Origin: Octopus vulgaris
Taxonomy: Eukaryota
Reading direction: 5' to 3'
NCBI GenBank assembly: GCA_951406725.2
Contig: OX597814.1
Location: 191,394,001 to 191,458,000, forward strand
Length of the DNA: 64,000 nucleotides
Positions 25,733-37,495 of the stretch are shown piece by piece (within the stretch, counting starts at the first letter, position 1; the number at the start of each line of letters is the position of its first letter). A model generated the notes under the pieces. That model saw only the letters and a list, made by a program, of their open reading frames with translations, made no database searches and had not been told where the DNA came from. Position numbers and translations under genes: made by a program.

Positions 25733-26589
25733 CTGTACACAGTTGCTCAAAAAAGGTGATGGGGAAGGACATTACGTAATGTAGTTGTAAATATAGACTA
25801 GAAAAAAAGATGGACTGGCTACAACTTGAACATCTTTGATCATAAACCTGTACAGTAAGGATTGACTTGGGGCTAGACAGCTATAGTCAATGGCCTGAAC
25901 CAGATATTGATGCAATCAATGCACACTTGATATTGTTATTGGTATCCAATGCAATACTGCAATCAACATCATAAAAGCACACAAATTATTCACTACACGA
26001 AACAAGCAAGTCTTTCCCTAACGCCAACCACTCTGAGAGTGTAGTGGGTGCTTTTACGTGCCACCGGTACGAGGGCCAGTCAGGCGGTACTGGCAACGGC
26101 CACACTCAAATGGTGCTTTTTATGTGCCACCTGCACAGGAGCCAGTCCAGCAGCACTGGCAATGACCTCGCTCGAATGTTTTTTCACGTGCCAGTAAGGC
26201 AATGCTTGTAACGATCATGCACATACCAATATATAATGTAAAAAATTATGTACCATGTAAAAAGCACCCAGTAAACAGGGTAAAGTGGTTGGCATTAGGA
26301 AGGACACCCAACTGCAGAAACCAAGCCAGAATAAACTATGGAATCTGGTGCAGCTCCTGGCCTTACCATCTCCTGTCAAACCATCCAGCTGATGTCAGCA
26401 TGGAAAACAGATGTTGAATGAATGAATAAGAAGAAGAATAAGAAGGAGGAGGAGGTGGTGGTGGTGGTGGTGATGATGAACACAGATTATTCTAACAAAT
26501 ACATGATGCGGGCAAGGGATTAGACAGGATATAACGGGGCATCTTTCCAACTGATACATGCAATTGAAACACCCAAACTGTATACTCAC

Positions 26590-26670
26590 CAAGAGATCAC
26601 AGAGTAACCTATCCATGAAAATCTGAACCTGAGATGTATTAGGCCAACTGGTGAGCAGAGAACAAACGAC
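26590..26670 (-). CDS. TEX10: TEX10 coding exon 12
   Basis: tttttcag / VVCSLLTSWPNTSQVQIFMDRLLCDLL / gtgagt; phase 0-0. Confidence 0.82.
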
Positions 26671-26821
26671 CTGAAAAAATAAAGCAACATAGTTTTAAAA
26701 AAAACAAAAAAAAAAACAGAAACAACTTCAGATGTTTAAACCTTTAGTGTTCAGGTTCCTCTGTCAAGTGTAAAGCTTTTTTATTCACAGTGTTTTGAAT
26801 TAGTCATACACTACCTTGTAG

Positions 26822-27094
26822 TGTATGACTACGCCATATGCCCATGGGCGTATGGCGTAGTGGTTAAGAGCATGAGCTACTAACCCCAAGATTCTGAGTT
26901 TGATTCCAAGCAGTGACCTGAACAATAACAATATCAAAAAATACCTTAGGAATGAGAATCCAGGTTCAAAATTTCCCCAAGACACCTGAAGAAGGATGGA
27001 GGGTATATCAGCCGAAATGTTGTGTTAACAACAAACAAGATGACAAATATCTGTCAAATGTAAATAATTCCTCATCTCTTAAATATAAAACTGT
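26822..27094 (+). mobile_element. tRNA-headed SINE carrying a hammerhead-like motif
   Basis: A-box TGGCGTAGTGG, B-box GAGTTTGATTCC, 12-bp TSD actaccttgtag (26810-26821, 27095-27106). Confidence 0.75.
26981..27026 (+). ncRNA. Minimal type-I hammerhead ribozyme motif (slightly decayed)
   Basis: GACAC-CUGAAGA-A-GGAUGG..UCAGCC-GAAA-U-GUU-GUGUU; stem I GACAC/GUGUU. Confidence 0.65.
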
Positions 27095-27549
27095 ACTACC
27101 TTGTAGCTTTGATATTTCAATGAAGTGGTTGTTCATTTTTAGAATAATACTTTCTACTAAAGGCACAAAGCCTGAAATTTTGGGCGAGGGAACTGACCAA
27201 AGACAAGCTGGTGAGATGATCTCACTTGCTCTATAGTAAGAGCACACTAGATAAACAGCCAATGAAAGAGTCTCATTGGGGCCACCTGAACTAAAAATAC
27301 TCCCCAAATCTCCCGTAAATCACAACCACAAGGAATAAAATACTGTCATGGTTGGAACCTGTTCTATGTCCAAACTGGCCAGATCCAGCCTCTCACATCT
27401 ACCATATAGTATCACTGTGAAAATAAACAACCATCAAAATCTTGAAGATAATGTATGATTAATTCAAAACAATGTGAATAAATGAGCATTACATTTGACA
27501 GAGAAATCTGAATGATAAATCAACGACATAGTAAAAAACGTGAACAAAT

Positions 27550-28281
27550 TTAACCCTTTCGTTACCAACCCGGCTGAAACCCGCTCTGGCTCTGAGTACA
27601 AATGTCTTGTTTTCATAAGTTTTGAGTTGAAATCTTCCAGCAAACCTTAGTCACAATTTATGTTCCTAACACTTGTTTAATGATAACTAAGTTATTTTAA
27701 TAAATTCTTTGTTATATTTAAAATAATTGAAAGAAACACAGAGCATCTCAAAATAAATACGGTAACGAAAAGGTTAAGATATATAATAGAGAAACAATTC
27801 TTAACCCTTTTGATACCAACCCAGCTGAAACCGCCTCTGGCTCTGTAGTACAAATGTCTTGTTTTCATAAGTTTTGAATTAAAATCTTCCACCAAACCTT
27901 AGTCACAATTTATGTTCCTAAAACTAGCTGAATGATAACTAAGTTATTTTAATACATTCTTTGTTATATTTAAAGTAATTGAAAGAAACACAGAGCATCA
28001 CAAAATAAATACAGTAACGAAAGGGTTAAGATATATAATAGAGAAACAATTCTTAACCCTTTTGATACCAACCCAGCTGAAACCGCTTCTGGCTCTGTAG
28101 TACAAATGTCTTGTTTTCATAAGTTTTGAATCAAAATCTTCCACCAAACCTTAGTCACAATTTATGTTCCTAACACTTGTTTAATGATAACTAAGTTATT
28201 TTACTAAATTCTTTGTTATATTTAAAATAATTGAAAGAAACACAGAGCATCACAAAATAAATACAGTAACGAAAGGGTTAA
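27550..28281. mobile_element. Tandem trimer of a TTAA (piggyBac-like) MITE
   Basis: Three ~228-bp units TTAACCCTTT...AAAGGGTTAA separated by the spacer gatatataatagagaaacaattc. Confidence 0.9.
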
Positions 28282-28300
28282 GAGAGGATAACTGACTTAC

Positions 28301-28440
28301 TTTCACAATCTGACAATGCCGTGTAGTGGGTGCAGACTGGGTAGAAAACAACACTCTTGTACCTTGCATCCCTCCAGATAAATGCAGTGAATTCAGATCA
28401 GATTGATTAGGCAAACTTGAAAGTTCTTTCTGGTTCTGAC
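28301..28440 (-). CDS. TEX10: TEX10 coding exon 11
   Basis: ttttcaatcag / (G)QNQKELSSLP...TRHCQIVK / gtaagt; phase 1-0. Confidence 0.82.
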
Positions 28441-28842
28441 CTGATTGAAAAAATAAAAATGTGTTGGGACTATTTATATATGTGCGTTTTCATGTGTGTG
28501 CATGAATATAATATACATAGGATGCATGTCCTCATCATCATCTATAAGTCTATTTTTAATGCTTGCAAAGCTCAGATGGAATTCATTGAGGATAATTTTC
28601 TACAACCAGATGACCTCCCTGTCTCTAACCCTCATCAGTTTCTAAGCAAGATATTACTTTCCCATAGCCAGACAGGTTTACACAGAAGACTGGAAATAAA
28701 GGACATTGCTTGTATGATTGTGACACTCCCTTACAACTACTGTGTGATGTCAAGACAAGGAGACACAAGCAGCCCCTCCTCCCAGGCACAGACACATATA
28801 TAAAGTGCTTCTTACACTGTCTGCTTACCGAATCTACATGTA

Positions 28843-29240
28843 GAAGGCACTCGTGATGGCGACGCATAACAAGCACCCGTGATGGCGACAGGTAAAAGGC
28901 ACCTTTGACAGCGACACGTAAAAGGCATCCGTGACGGAAACGCGTAAAAGGCACATGTGACGGAGACGCGTAAAAAGGCACCCGTGACGGAGAAGCGTAA
29001 AAGGCACCCGTGACGGAGACGCGTAAAAGGCACCCGTGACGGAGACGCGTAAAAGGCACCCATGATGGAGATGCGTAAAAGGCACCCGTGACGGAGACGC
29101 GTAAAAGGCACCTGTGACGGAGACGTGTATAAGGCACCCATGATGGCAACGTGTAAAAGGCACATATGATGGCGACAAGTCAGAGGTGACAGTGACACAT
29201 AAAAAGAACCCTTGATAGTGACACATAAAAGGAACCCGTG
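28843..29240. repeat. 26-bp minisatellite
   Basis: Unit ggcacccgtgacggagacgcgtaaaa, roughly 14 copies. Confidence 0.95.
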
Positions 29241-29522
29241 AGCTGATTTCATGGTACCTATTCAGCTCTATTGAATAAAAGCAGTGCATTTTGCTTGAAT
29301 TACGGTAACAAAAGTGTCAATCAACAAATTCCATTTCATCATAATTCTTATGGGCCAAACTTTCTACAACATTTAGAAATCTCTCTCTCACACACAGACA
29401 AGATGACCTGTGATATTTCTAGAAGGGCAAGGACTATGAATAAGACTGTCTTTAGTAGACCATGATAATATGAAGATGTGGACGTAAAATGACTATGATA
29501 ATGTTACATAAGATTTGCTTAC

Positions 29523-29596
29523 CTAAAGCAGTAGAGAAAAGGAGAGTGAAATATTGGTTGACTTCAGTTGAAGAAGGAGAACTTAATCGAATCAGT
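29523..29596 (-). CDS. TEX10: TEX10 coding exon 10
   Basis: ctgtttccag / LIRLSSPSSTEVNQYFTLLFSTAL(G) / gtaagc; phase 2-1; resembles the vertebrate YFSFLFSTLTG motif as recalled. Confidence 0.85.
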
Positions 29597-30349
29597 CTGG
29601 AAACAGGAACAATTATCAAGTTAGACAAACCAACAGAAACAGAAAATTATACATATATAATCAAAATCAGAAAATTTATGGAAAATATGTAGAAAAGAAA
29701 CTTAAAATTTATTAGCATACTTTTATATTCAACAATAAAGGGGGATATATATATATATATATTGAAAAATAGGGTTTATAATAATATGAAAACATTTTCA
29801 AATACATTTTTTATTTCAAATTAATAATCAATTACTTGGGCAGTTTTCAAACATAATTTCTAAATATGAAATAAAGACATAACATTTTAAGCATTTAAAA
29901 ACCAGGGTGGATTAAAAAAATGCCAAAAGGAAAGTAAGAATTTTCAATTTTGTTTTTACTTTTTGGTTATGATTAAAGGAATAGATTTAATGAATTTCAT
30001 TTCCTATTGTATTTAATGTTTGTTGAAATTCACTAACAATACTCATGATGTGCTTGTGCACCTTTTCCTCTTTATGGTTCTTTTACTGTGCACCTTTCTA
30101 TCTTTTTGTGTTTATTGCATACTGTGCATGCACTTCTGGTCTTATTGTGCTTTCTATCCCCTCTTTTAACCTTTACTAACGAGTTCTAGTATAATTGAAC
30201 AGTATGTGCAACAAGCTCATAATCAAAACATTTGTGCTAACTCTATGACTCCTGACTTAAGATACTTTATTTGTATTTTTCATTATTTTCTTAACTCAAA
30301 TTAGAAAAAGTGTTTTAAAAAATATACATTAGTTATCAATACTGCTGTT

Positions 30350-30572
30350 GTCAGTACTGCCTTGACTGGCCCTTGTGCCGGTGACACGTAAAAGCACCCA
30401 CTACACTTTCAGAGTGGTTGGCGTTAGGAAGGGCATCCAGTTGTAGAAACTCTGCCAGATCAGATTGGAGCCTGGTGCAGCCATTTAGTTTGCCAGTCCT
30501 CAGTCAAATCGTCCAACCCATGCTAGCATGGAAAGCGGACATTAAATGACGATGATGATGATGATGATGATG
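30350..30572 (+). mobile_element. RTE LINE 3' UTR fragment with (ATG)n tail
   Basis: gcacccactacact...ggaagggcatccag...tccaacccatgctagcatggaaagcggac...(atg)n; more than a dozen related fragments in the window. Confidence 0.8.
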
Positions 30573-31957
30573 TAGCAGAGGGAAAATAACTCCAGGAGTG
30601 TTCTGCATATTAAATTGCAAGAGAGTTGCATTTATGTAATATAATCAATTGATAGACTGATTGAAATTATCCGTGCTATTTATGGAGAAAAAAAGAGAAA
30701 AAAAAAAAAACCTTAAAAAAGTTGGTTTAAAATCTAACAATGAAGCAAGGAAGACAACTCCACTAAAATCAATTTAAAATTTTGGAAAATATAGTGAATA
30801 CAGAATATAAATGCAGAACACACTTGATGGTATTTTCCCCTTAGCCTTGGTAATTCTAATCTGCACCATTCATCATCATCATAATCATCTAGTTGAGTGA
30901 CTTGCCTGAAGCTCTTCTGCATCAGATATTCTGTGTGAGTGATACTGCATGAATGTCTGGCTTGGATCTTAGTTACATTGGTCTTTAGTTAGCTGAAATA
31001 TCTCATCTGTGCATGTCACAATTACACCTATCAGTAGTTCACTAACTAAAGTGGTTGATCCTGGCCTTTGACAGTTTGTTGATTGTCCATTTGTTTAGCA
31101 TCAAGTGATATTCGCTACTGGTTCGATAAATTCATTTGTCGAAATACTTCACATCCACCATGCTACATATCTATGGTTTCAATGTAACCTGGCTTTTACC
31201 CATAGCTGGGACCATGACACATGCAACTACCCCAGGTCAGAGCGGACCTGGGAACAATAGTGGCTAAGAGATGGTTCCAACACTCCTCAAAACTATGGAG
31301 TTCTTGAATCAGGGCCCTACTACTGGGATACAGTTTAAAGTCGGACCCAGGACAATCATTATCATTTAACGTCTGCTTTCCATGCTAGCATGGGTTGGAC
31401 GATTTGACAGGACTGGCGGACCAGATGGCTGCACCAGGCTCCAATCTTGATTTGGTAGAGTTTCTACAGCTGGATGCCCTTCCTAATGCCAAACACTCTC
31501 AGGGTGTAGTGGATGCTTTTACATGTCACCAGCACGAGGGCCAGTCAGATGGTACTGGCAACGGTCACGGGAAATTGTGTTTTTTTTTGTTTTTATTTTT
31601 TACGTGACACCTGCACACCGGCACAAGTGCCAGTAAGGCGACGCTGGTAACAATCACGCTTGAATGGTGCTTTTTACATATACATATATATTCATGCAGT
31701 GAAACTAGCATCACTACATACCCTCTATATTTTTATATAATCACCACTATTAGGCCCCTGAGAATATGCTTCATTGTGGAGACCTAATAAGGCAAAAAAA
31801 TATTAGCATTTACCAGCTGGCCTGTAGACCAGATCTACTCTTATACTGCATTTCCGTTTTAAATGTTTTGGGAGTTGTCTCCCTTACTTTTCTTAAAGAC
31901 GTTAAGCGTCCCTGGAGAGAACTGTTTTCAAACTACATTGTATTGATAATTTTAAAT

Positions 31958-32468
31958 CAGTAATTCTCAACCATTTTTAACATATGGAACCCTTTGGTTT
32001 CTATTCTATTTGCATGGACTCTCTTTGCCATTCGAGGTTTTTAAAATTCCATTACAGCTTTAGAATTAGATATTAGTTGGAATTGTATAAAAAAAAATTA
32101 CGGAGATATACTTGCATAGCAAGTGACCTGATCTGAGATCGTGTGCTGGAACAAAAACAATTGCAGCGTGGAAGGTGTTTATAAGCAATTTAAGAAACAC
32201 ACAAAAACGGTTAGATACACTTCAACATTTAAATTTAATTTGTCAAAATATTTTCATCGCTTTGAGACCGCGACCAGTTCACAGATGCAGCATGGAGTTT
32301 TGTCAGTGAACAGGTCGCAGTCTCAAAGCGGCAAAAACACCTTCCACGGTGCAATTGTTTATAAAAAAAAAATTGTTAAATATTCTGTGTATTTTAGAAG
32401 TATAATCAATCAATTGCACCTGAATTTTAATAACAAAATCTTATGTGGCCCCTGGTTGAGAACCACTG
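31958..32468. mobile_element. hAT-like MITE with a nested inverted-repeat insertion (32100-32362)
   Basis: cagtaattctcaacc / ggttgagaaccactg ends; TSD ttttaaat / atttaaat; related to 25473-25732. Confidence 0.75.
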
Positions 32469-32985
32469 ATTTAAATGAATCAAAGCCTTTCAATTCATTA
32501 TATTGCTTATGTGAGACCATGCCATATTTATATTACTTACAGTAAACAGATATCCATGAATAAAAGCTGAAATTTTCTTGCCTCACCATAAACTTATCAA
32601 GGTTCACATTAGATTCACATTCTAATCAAATTAACCCATTATTATTCTGATTACTTTCTTATCTATTCACACTACTTTAAATTTATTATCCATTATCTTG
32701 TAGCTTCAAGATTTTGATCATGTGAGTGTGTATTTTTAGAATGACGCTGGAGTGTACTTACGAGAGGACAGATCTACTAGACCTGGCCCTAGAATATTTG
32801 GGCAGGATATGGCTGGTTTAAATGCTTAGGGTTAAATCATACATAACGGACAGTCATCGACTTTAAAATGTAAATGACTAAATTGACAAGAGTTAAAAGG
32901 AAATAAGTATGAGGTTTGGTTCAACAATTCATAAGGAGGAAATATGAAGAAAAACAAAACAAAACTAAAAGAAATTCTTGTTTAC

Positions 32986-33151
32986 CTGTGTTGTAGAATC
33001 TCTAGAATATAAGCAATATTTTCAATCAACACTGCAGGACTTCGACTAAGTAACACTATCTTATTTAACTGCTTGTCAGTGAAATGATCTAGACGATAGA
33101 CGATCTCGAGCATGTCTCGTTGCAAGACAGCACTAACACGGGGTATGAGAC
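32986..33151 (-). CDS. TEX10: TEX10 coding exon 9
   Basis: atttctttcag / LIPRVSAVLQRDMLEIVYRL...AYILEILQH(R) / gtaaac; phase 1-2. Confidence 0.85.
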
Positions 33152-34823
33152 CTGAAAGAAATCCCACGTCCTATTAGGGAAATTTCAAACACAACGGAAA
33201 ATAATAATAATAATAATAATTAATAATAAAGGTAATTCTTTCTACTATTGGCACAAAACCTGAAATTTCAAGGCAGAGAGAGTAATCGATTACACTGACC
33301 CCAGTGCTCAACTGGTACTTATTTCACTGATCCTGAAAGAACAGAAAAGCAAAGTCAACCCCAACAGCATTTGAGTTCAGAAGACAAGGATCCAGAAGAA
33401 CTGTCACAGAGCGTTTCGTCCAGTACCCCAATGATTCAGCCAATTTATAAAAATTTTTTTCTCACACAGGCACAAGGCCTGAAATTTTGGGAGAACAGGG
33501 GTTAAACAATACTTGATTGATATTTTCTCAATCAGGGGATGAGGTAAAGTTGACCATGGTAATTTTGTGTGACACTAAATGATTCTGTCAATTATTGCCA
33601 TCAACAATGATGACAATTAACTTCTAGCATAATTTCTTTGCTAGCCACTAAGGGCAATTTGCATACATCATTCATACTTATGAAAATAGGAGAATTTTTA
33701 AATGGCACTTACAAAAATATGTGGGATGAGAAAAACAAGTTAAACAAAACTTAAGGGATGGGACAAACATGTGCGATAAATGTGGGGAGAAATTAGAGAT
33801 TTTTTTTACAGAGACCATATAAACAATTACATAGAAAACTTTTAATTATACCATAAAAACATACAATGATTAAAACTAAATATATTAATTACAATTAATT
33901 ATATTAATTAAAATTCTGGTGATTAGGACACCCTATGACCCATACTACATTCTATCTTCATTCATCCTCCAAGTCTGAATTCTCATCATCCATTGAAGCC
34001 CTGAAGTTCTTGTGAAGAATTATTGGGTCAGAGAGAAGAAAACAGTGCTCATATTCCACGGGTGGGTTTTCCTTGATTTGCTTGTAGCCTCTTTAAGAGA
34101 ATTTTAAAATTATTATATCACCAGCAAGTTCTGTCTGACTTAAACCCATCTCCTCACTGATCAGCACCCCAAGGGCCAGACACAAGCTTTCTACTTTCTC
34201 AATCAGGTCTTTGTCAATGGAGCAAAATGCTAGAAACATTTATCTTGTGGAGAAAGAGTTCCAATGCTTCTACACTAGCAAGGAAGTGCTCTCTTTAAAA
34301 GGAAGGATGGGTCTCCCTTTTTACTATCTAGATGTTTATAAGATAGTGATTTTTGGAGAGGGGCATTTTGCATTTTCTGTTCTCAGTCATCACTTAACCA
34401 TCTCTAGCTTCTCTCTCTCTGCCTCATTACAAGACAATAGTGTACTGTTAATAGCTACTGATTTCCAGGACAGGATACAAAATGACTGCTATCCTCACCA
34501 TTTCTGAAGCTATATCTGATGATATTCTGGAAAGTAGGGGGCCTGTTGATGTTGTTTCTGCCTCTGAAGCTTTCTGCTGCTTTTTTTTTTTTTTTTACGT
34601 TTCCAACTCTTCAAAGCAAAAGACCCACAAATATAATATCTGAGATTTTACTCTGAACCACCAGTCTCAATCCCTTTGGCTAGGCAGCTCCGGTTGTATA
34701 TAGTGAAAGGTAAAAATCAACCTTGGCAGAATGCCCAGTGTGCTTACGATTCTACCAGCTCACCACCTTAGCAATAACAATAGAAAAACAAGAATGAAAG
34801 GATAAAAAAATGAAATAACTCAC

Positions 34824-35008
34824 TAAAAATGTTGAGGAGTTCATTCTGAAGCTGATCTTGTAAGCTACTTTGCTTCTGGCAAGCTGCTCTCTTGATAGCC
34901 TTCAGAATTGGGGTGACAGCTGCAGGAATATGATCTATCTGAGCACTGTGGCTGATGATTTGAACCAATAAAGCTGGCAATGTTGACAGAAACTGCTCAA
35001 ACAAGCCA
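34824..35008 (-). CDS. TEX10: TEX10 coding exon 8
   Basis: cctttactag / GLFEQFLSTLPALLVQI...ELLNIF / gtgagt; phase 2-1. Confidence 0.85.
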
Positions 35009-35123
35009 CTAGTAAAGGAAATAGATAGAGAAAACGTTTGTACACATAACAGTAAAACAGTGACAGAAACGTTAATGTATTTCTATTATATATATATATT
35101 GATTTCTTATATGAAAAGTAAAA

Positions 35124-35790
35124 AAAGGTAAAGTGCTATATAGCCTCCACCCCAAGTTTTTCGTTTTAATTTCTTATTTTTTATTGCCCACAAGTTCAAA
35201 CAAGGACAGACAGGCATTTTTGTACGGCAAGAGGAAGGTATGTGTATGTGATGGGAGGGAGCATAGCTTAGAATGTTGATGGACAGAACGTAAAGATAGA
35301 CAAAATACTGCTAAGCATTTCACCTGGCATGCTAACCTTTTCTGCCAGCTCACCACCTTAATTTTTTGTTTTAATTTCAAACAGGTGAATGATTTCTGAT
35401 ATTTGCTTAGTGTTATTATAATTGTTATTATTCTGCACTTCACATAAACATGTGTGGTCAGGGATGGGGGTAGGAGAGATAGAGTCAAGGATTATAAAGA
35501 TTGTGAGTATTGTAGTCAGAGAAAACAATGACTTTTGAAAAAGGTAAAGTGAGATATATGTCCTCCACCCCAAGTTTTTCGTTTTAATTTCTTATTTCTT
35601 TATTGCCCACAAGGGGTCAAACAAGGACAGACAAAGGGATTAAGTCGATTACATCAACCCCAGTGTGTAACTGCTACTTAATTTATCGATCCCGAAAGGA
35701 CGAAAGGCAAAGTTAACCTCGGTGGAATTTGAACTCAGAACGTAAAGATAGACAAAATACTGCTAAGCATTTCACCTGGCATGCTACCAG
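35124..35790 (-). repeat. Local ~415-bp tandem duplication containing family-B SINE copies
   Basis: Flank aaaaggtaaagtg..cctccaccccaagtttttcgttttaatttcttattt occurs at ~35124 and ~35539, each followed by SINE B with shared substitutions. Confidence 0.75.
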
Positions 35791-37261
35791 CAGTTTTTCT
35801 TTCCAATATTTCAGGGACTGCTAATATTTCTTAGTAATATTAATTACTACTGGAAACAATATATATAATGAATTTAATAAAAGTTGACATTTTTTTTATC
35901 GTATATTTATTTTGTAAACAAATAATATAATATTGCATAAGCATTTTATAATGTTTCTTTATGAGTTCATGTGTTGAAGCATATTCTGTTGTGTCTGGGG
36001 AAGAGTCATTTTCTTTTTGTGCCTTATTATGTAACACACTCACCAGTAAAATTTCCACTTTTTTACTTCTTATTTTTATTGTCCTAAAATTTTGGCTGCG
36101 TCTTGCAACCTTTTCAATAGTTTTGACTCAGTGAGTTTCTTTCTTTTCTAGAAACTCAGTGTACAGGCAGCGGATGGCTTGCAGACCAGCACTGATCTGC
36201 GGTCCACCACTTTAAGTAGCACTGCCATAGATGATAATTCGTTAAGTTGCATCATTGATGAAGGAGTCTCAGCTCTAACGCAGTGACTGATATAAAGTCT
36301 GAGACAAGAGTTTATTAGTCACTTCAATGAAACCACAGGATCATCATCCTCATTTAATGTCCATGTTCCATGCTGAAATGGACTGGATGCTTTGATAGAA
36401 TTCAATAGGTCCAAAGACTGCACCATGCTCCAGTGTCTGCTTTGACATAGTTTCCACAGTTGGATGCCCTTCACATATGCTTTGGGTACTTTCTTAGTGC
36501 CACCAACACAAGTGAGGTGACCACAATCTTCAAGGGAGAGATGGCTTCAGCTAGGAGATGCAGGTGTTAAGTATGAGAGAAGGGGTTGGAGCAGGTTTCT
36601 TGTTGTAGAGGAGCTACAGGACTATTCACATTTAGAAGAGAGGGTGATCATGTAAAATATTTAAATTTTCAGCTATATCAAACCTCTGCTAATTAGTATA
36701 ATGAGTAAAGTAATGTGAGACAAACTCAATTGAAACAAACAAGAAAAAGCATTAATTCAATGGAACTGTTTAGTAATAGCCAGGTATGACCTAGACTACA
36801 GTATATAATGAAGTAAACGGCACGTCTCAGACCACAGAATCCTTAGTAGTAGTAGTAATATGACTGCTTGCACTGTAACAGTGCATTACTGCATACACCA
36901 TTTGTTGAGGATTTCTTTCCCCTGGTGATGACACCTTTGTACTATTCAGGCAACAACCTTCCAGCCCACAGGCCTGTTTGGATAGTCATTGCAGGTGAGG
37001 GTGTTACAAGGTCGGAGTGCAAATCCTACCTTAACCTCTTTTAAACAGCTTTTATAACACATAGAAGAAACGCTGGGACATGCCAGTCCCCACATATGAA
37101 ACAGAGAAGGTTCGTTAAAAACATGTTAACTAAATCATCTTAATTAATAAACACAGTTCCACTAAATGAAGCTAAATTACATTAGTTCCTGTGAATAAAA
37201 CTAAAAATCAAAATGCTGGAATTACTGATAAGACAGACATCTCTGCCAGTAAAATACTCAC

Positions 37262-37409
37262 GTTAACATTTCATGCTGGTGTTTCTCCACCAAATGTAAG
37301 AAAAAATTGGTTAAAATGACCTTTTCCATGGAGAACAAGCTTACAGTGTTGTATGAATGAAGCATGACCTTGATTAATTTGATTAATGATTGAAGAATCT
37401 TAATATTAC
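37262..37409 (-). CDS. TEX10: TEX10 coding exon 7
   Basis: tttgttacag / NIKILQSLIKLIKVMLHSY...HQHEML / gtgagt; phase 1-2. Confidence 0.82.
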
Positions 37410-37495
37410 CTGTAACAAAAAAAAACAACAACATAGTTAAAAAAATAAAAATACTGAAATGGTCATTTGAGCAATATTAGATTTATAAAAGAGAG

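Noticed and set aside
28625-29289. Long repetitive ORFs over the 26-bp array; superficial CRISPR-like periodicity
   Set aside because: Stop-free tandem repeat with no unique spacers and no cas genes; eukaryotic intron.
30734-30945. Possible extra TEX10 exon with a GC donor (CAG|GCAAGT)
   Set aside because: Exons 9 and 10 join in phase without it, and including it would shift the frame.
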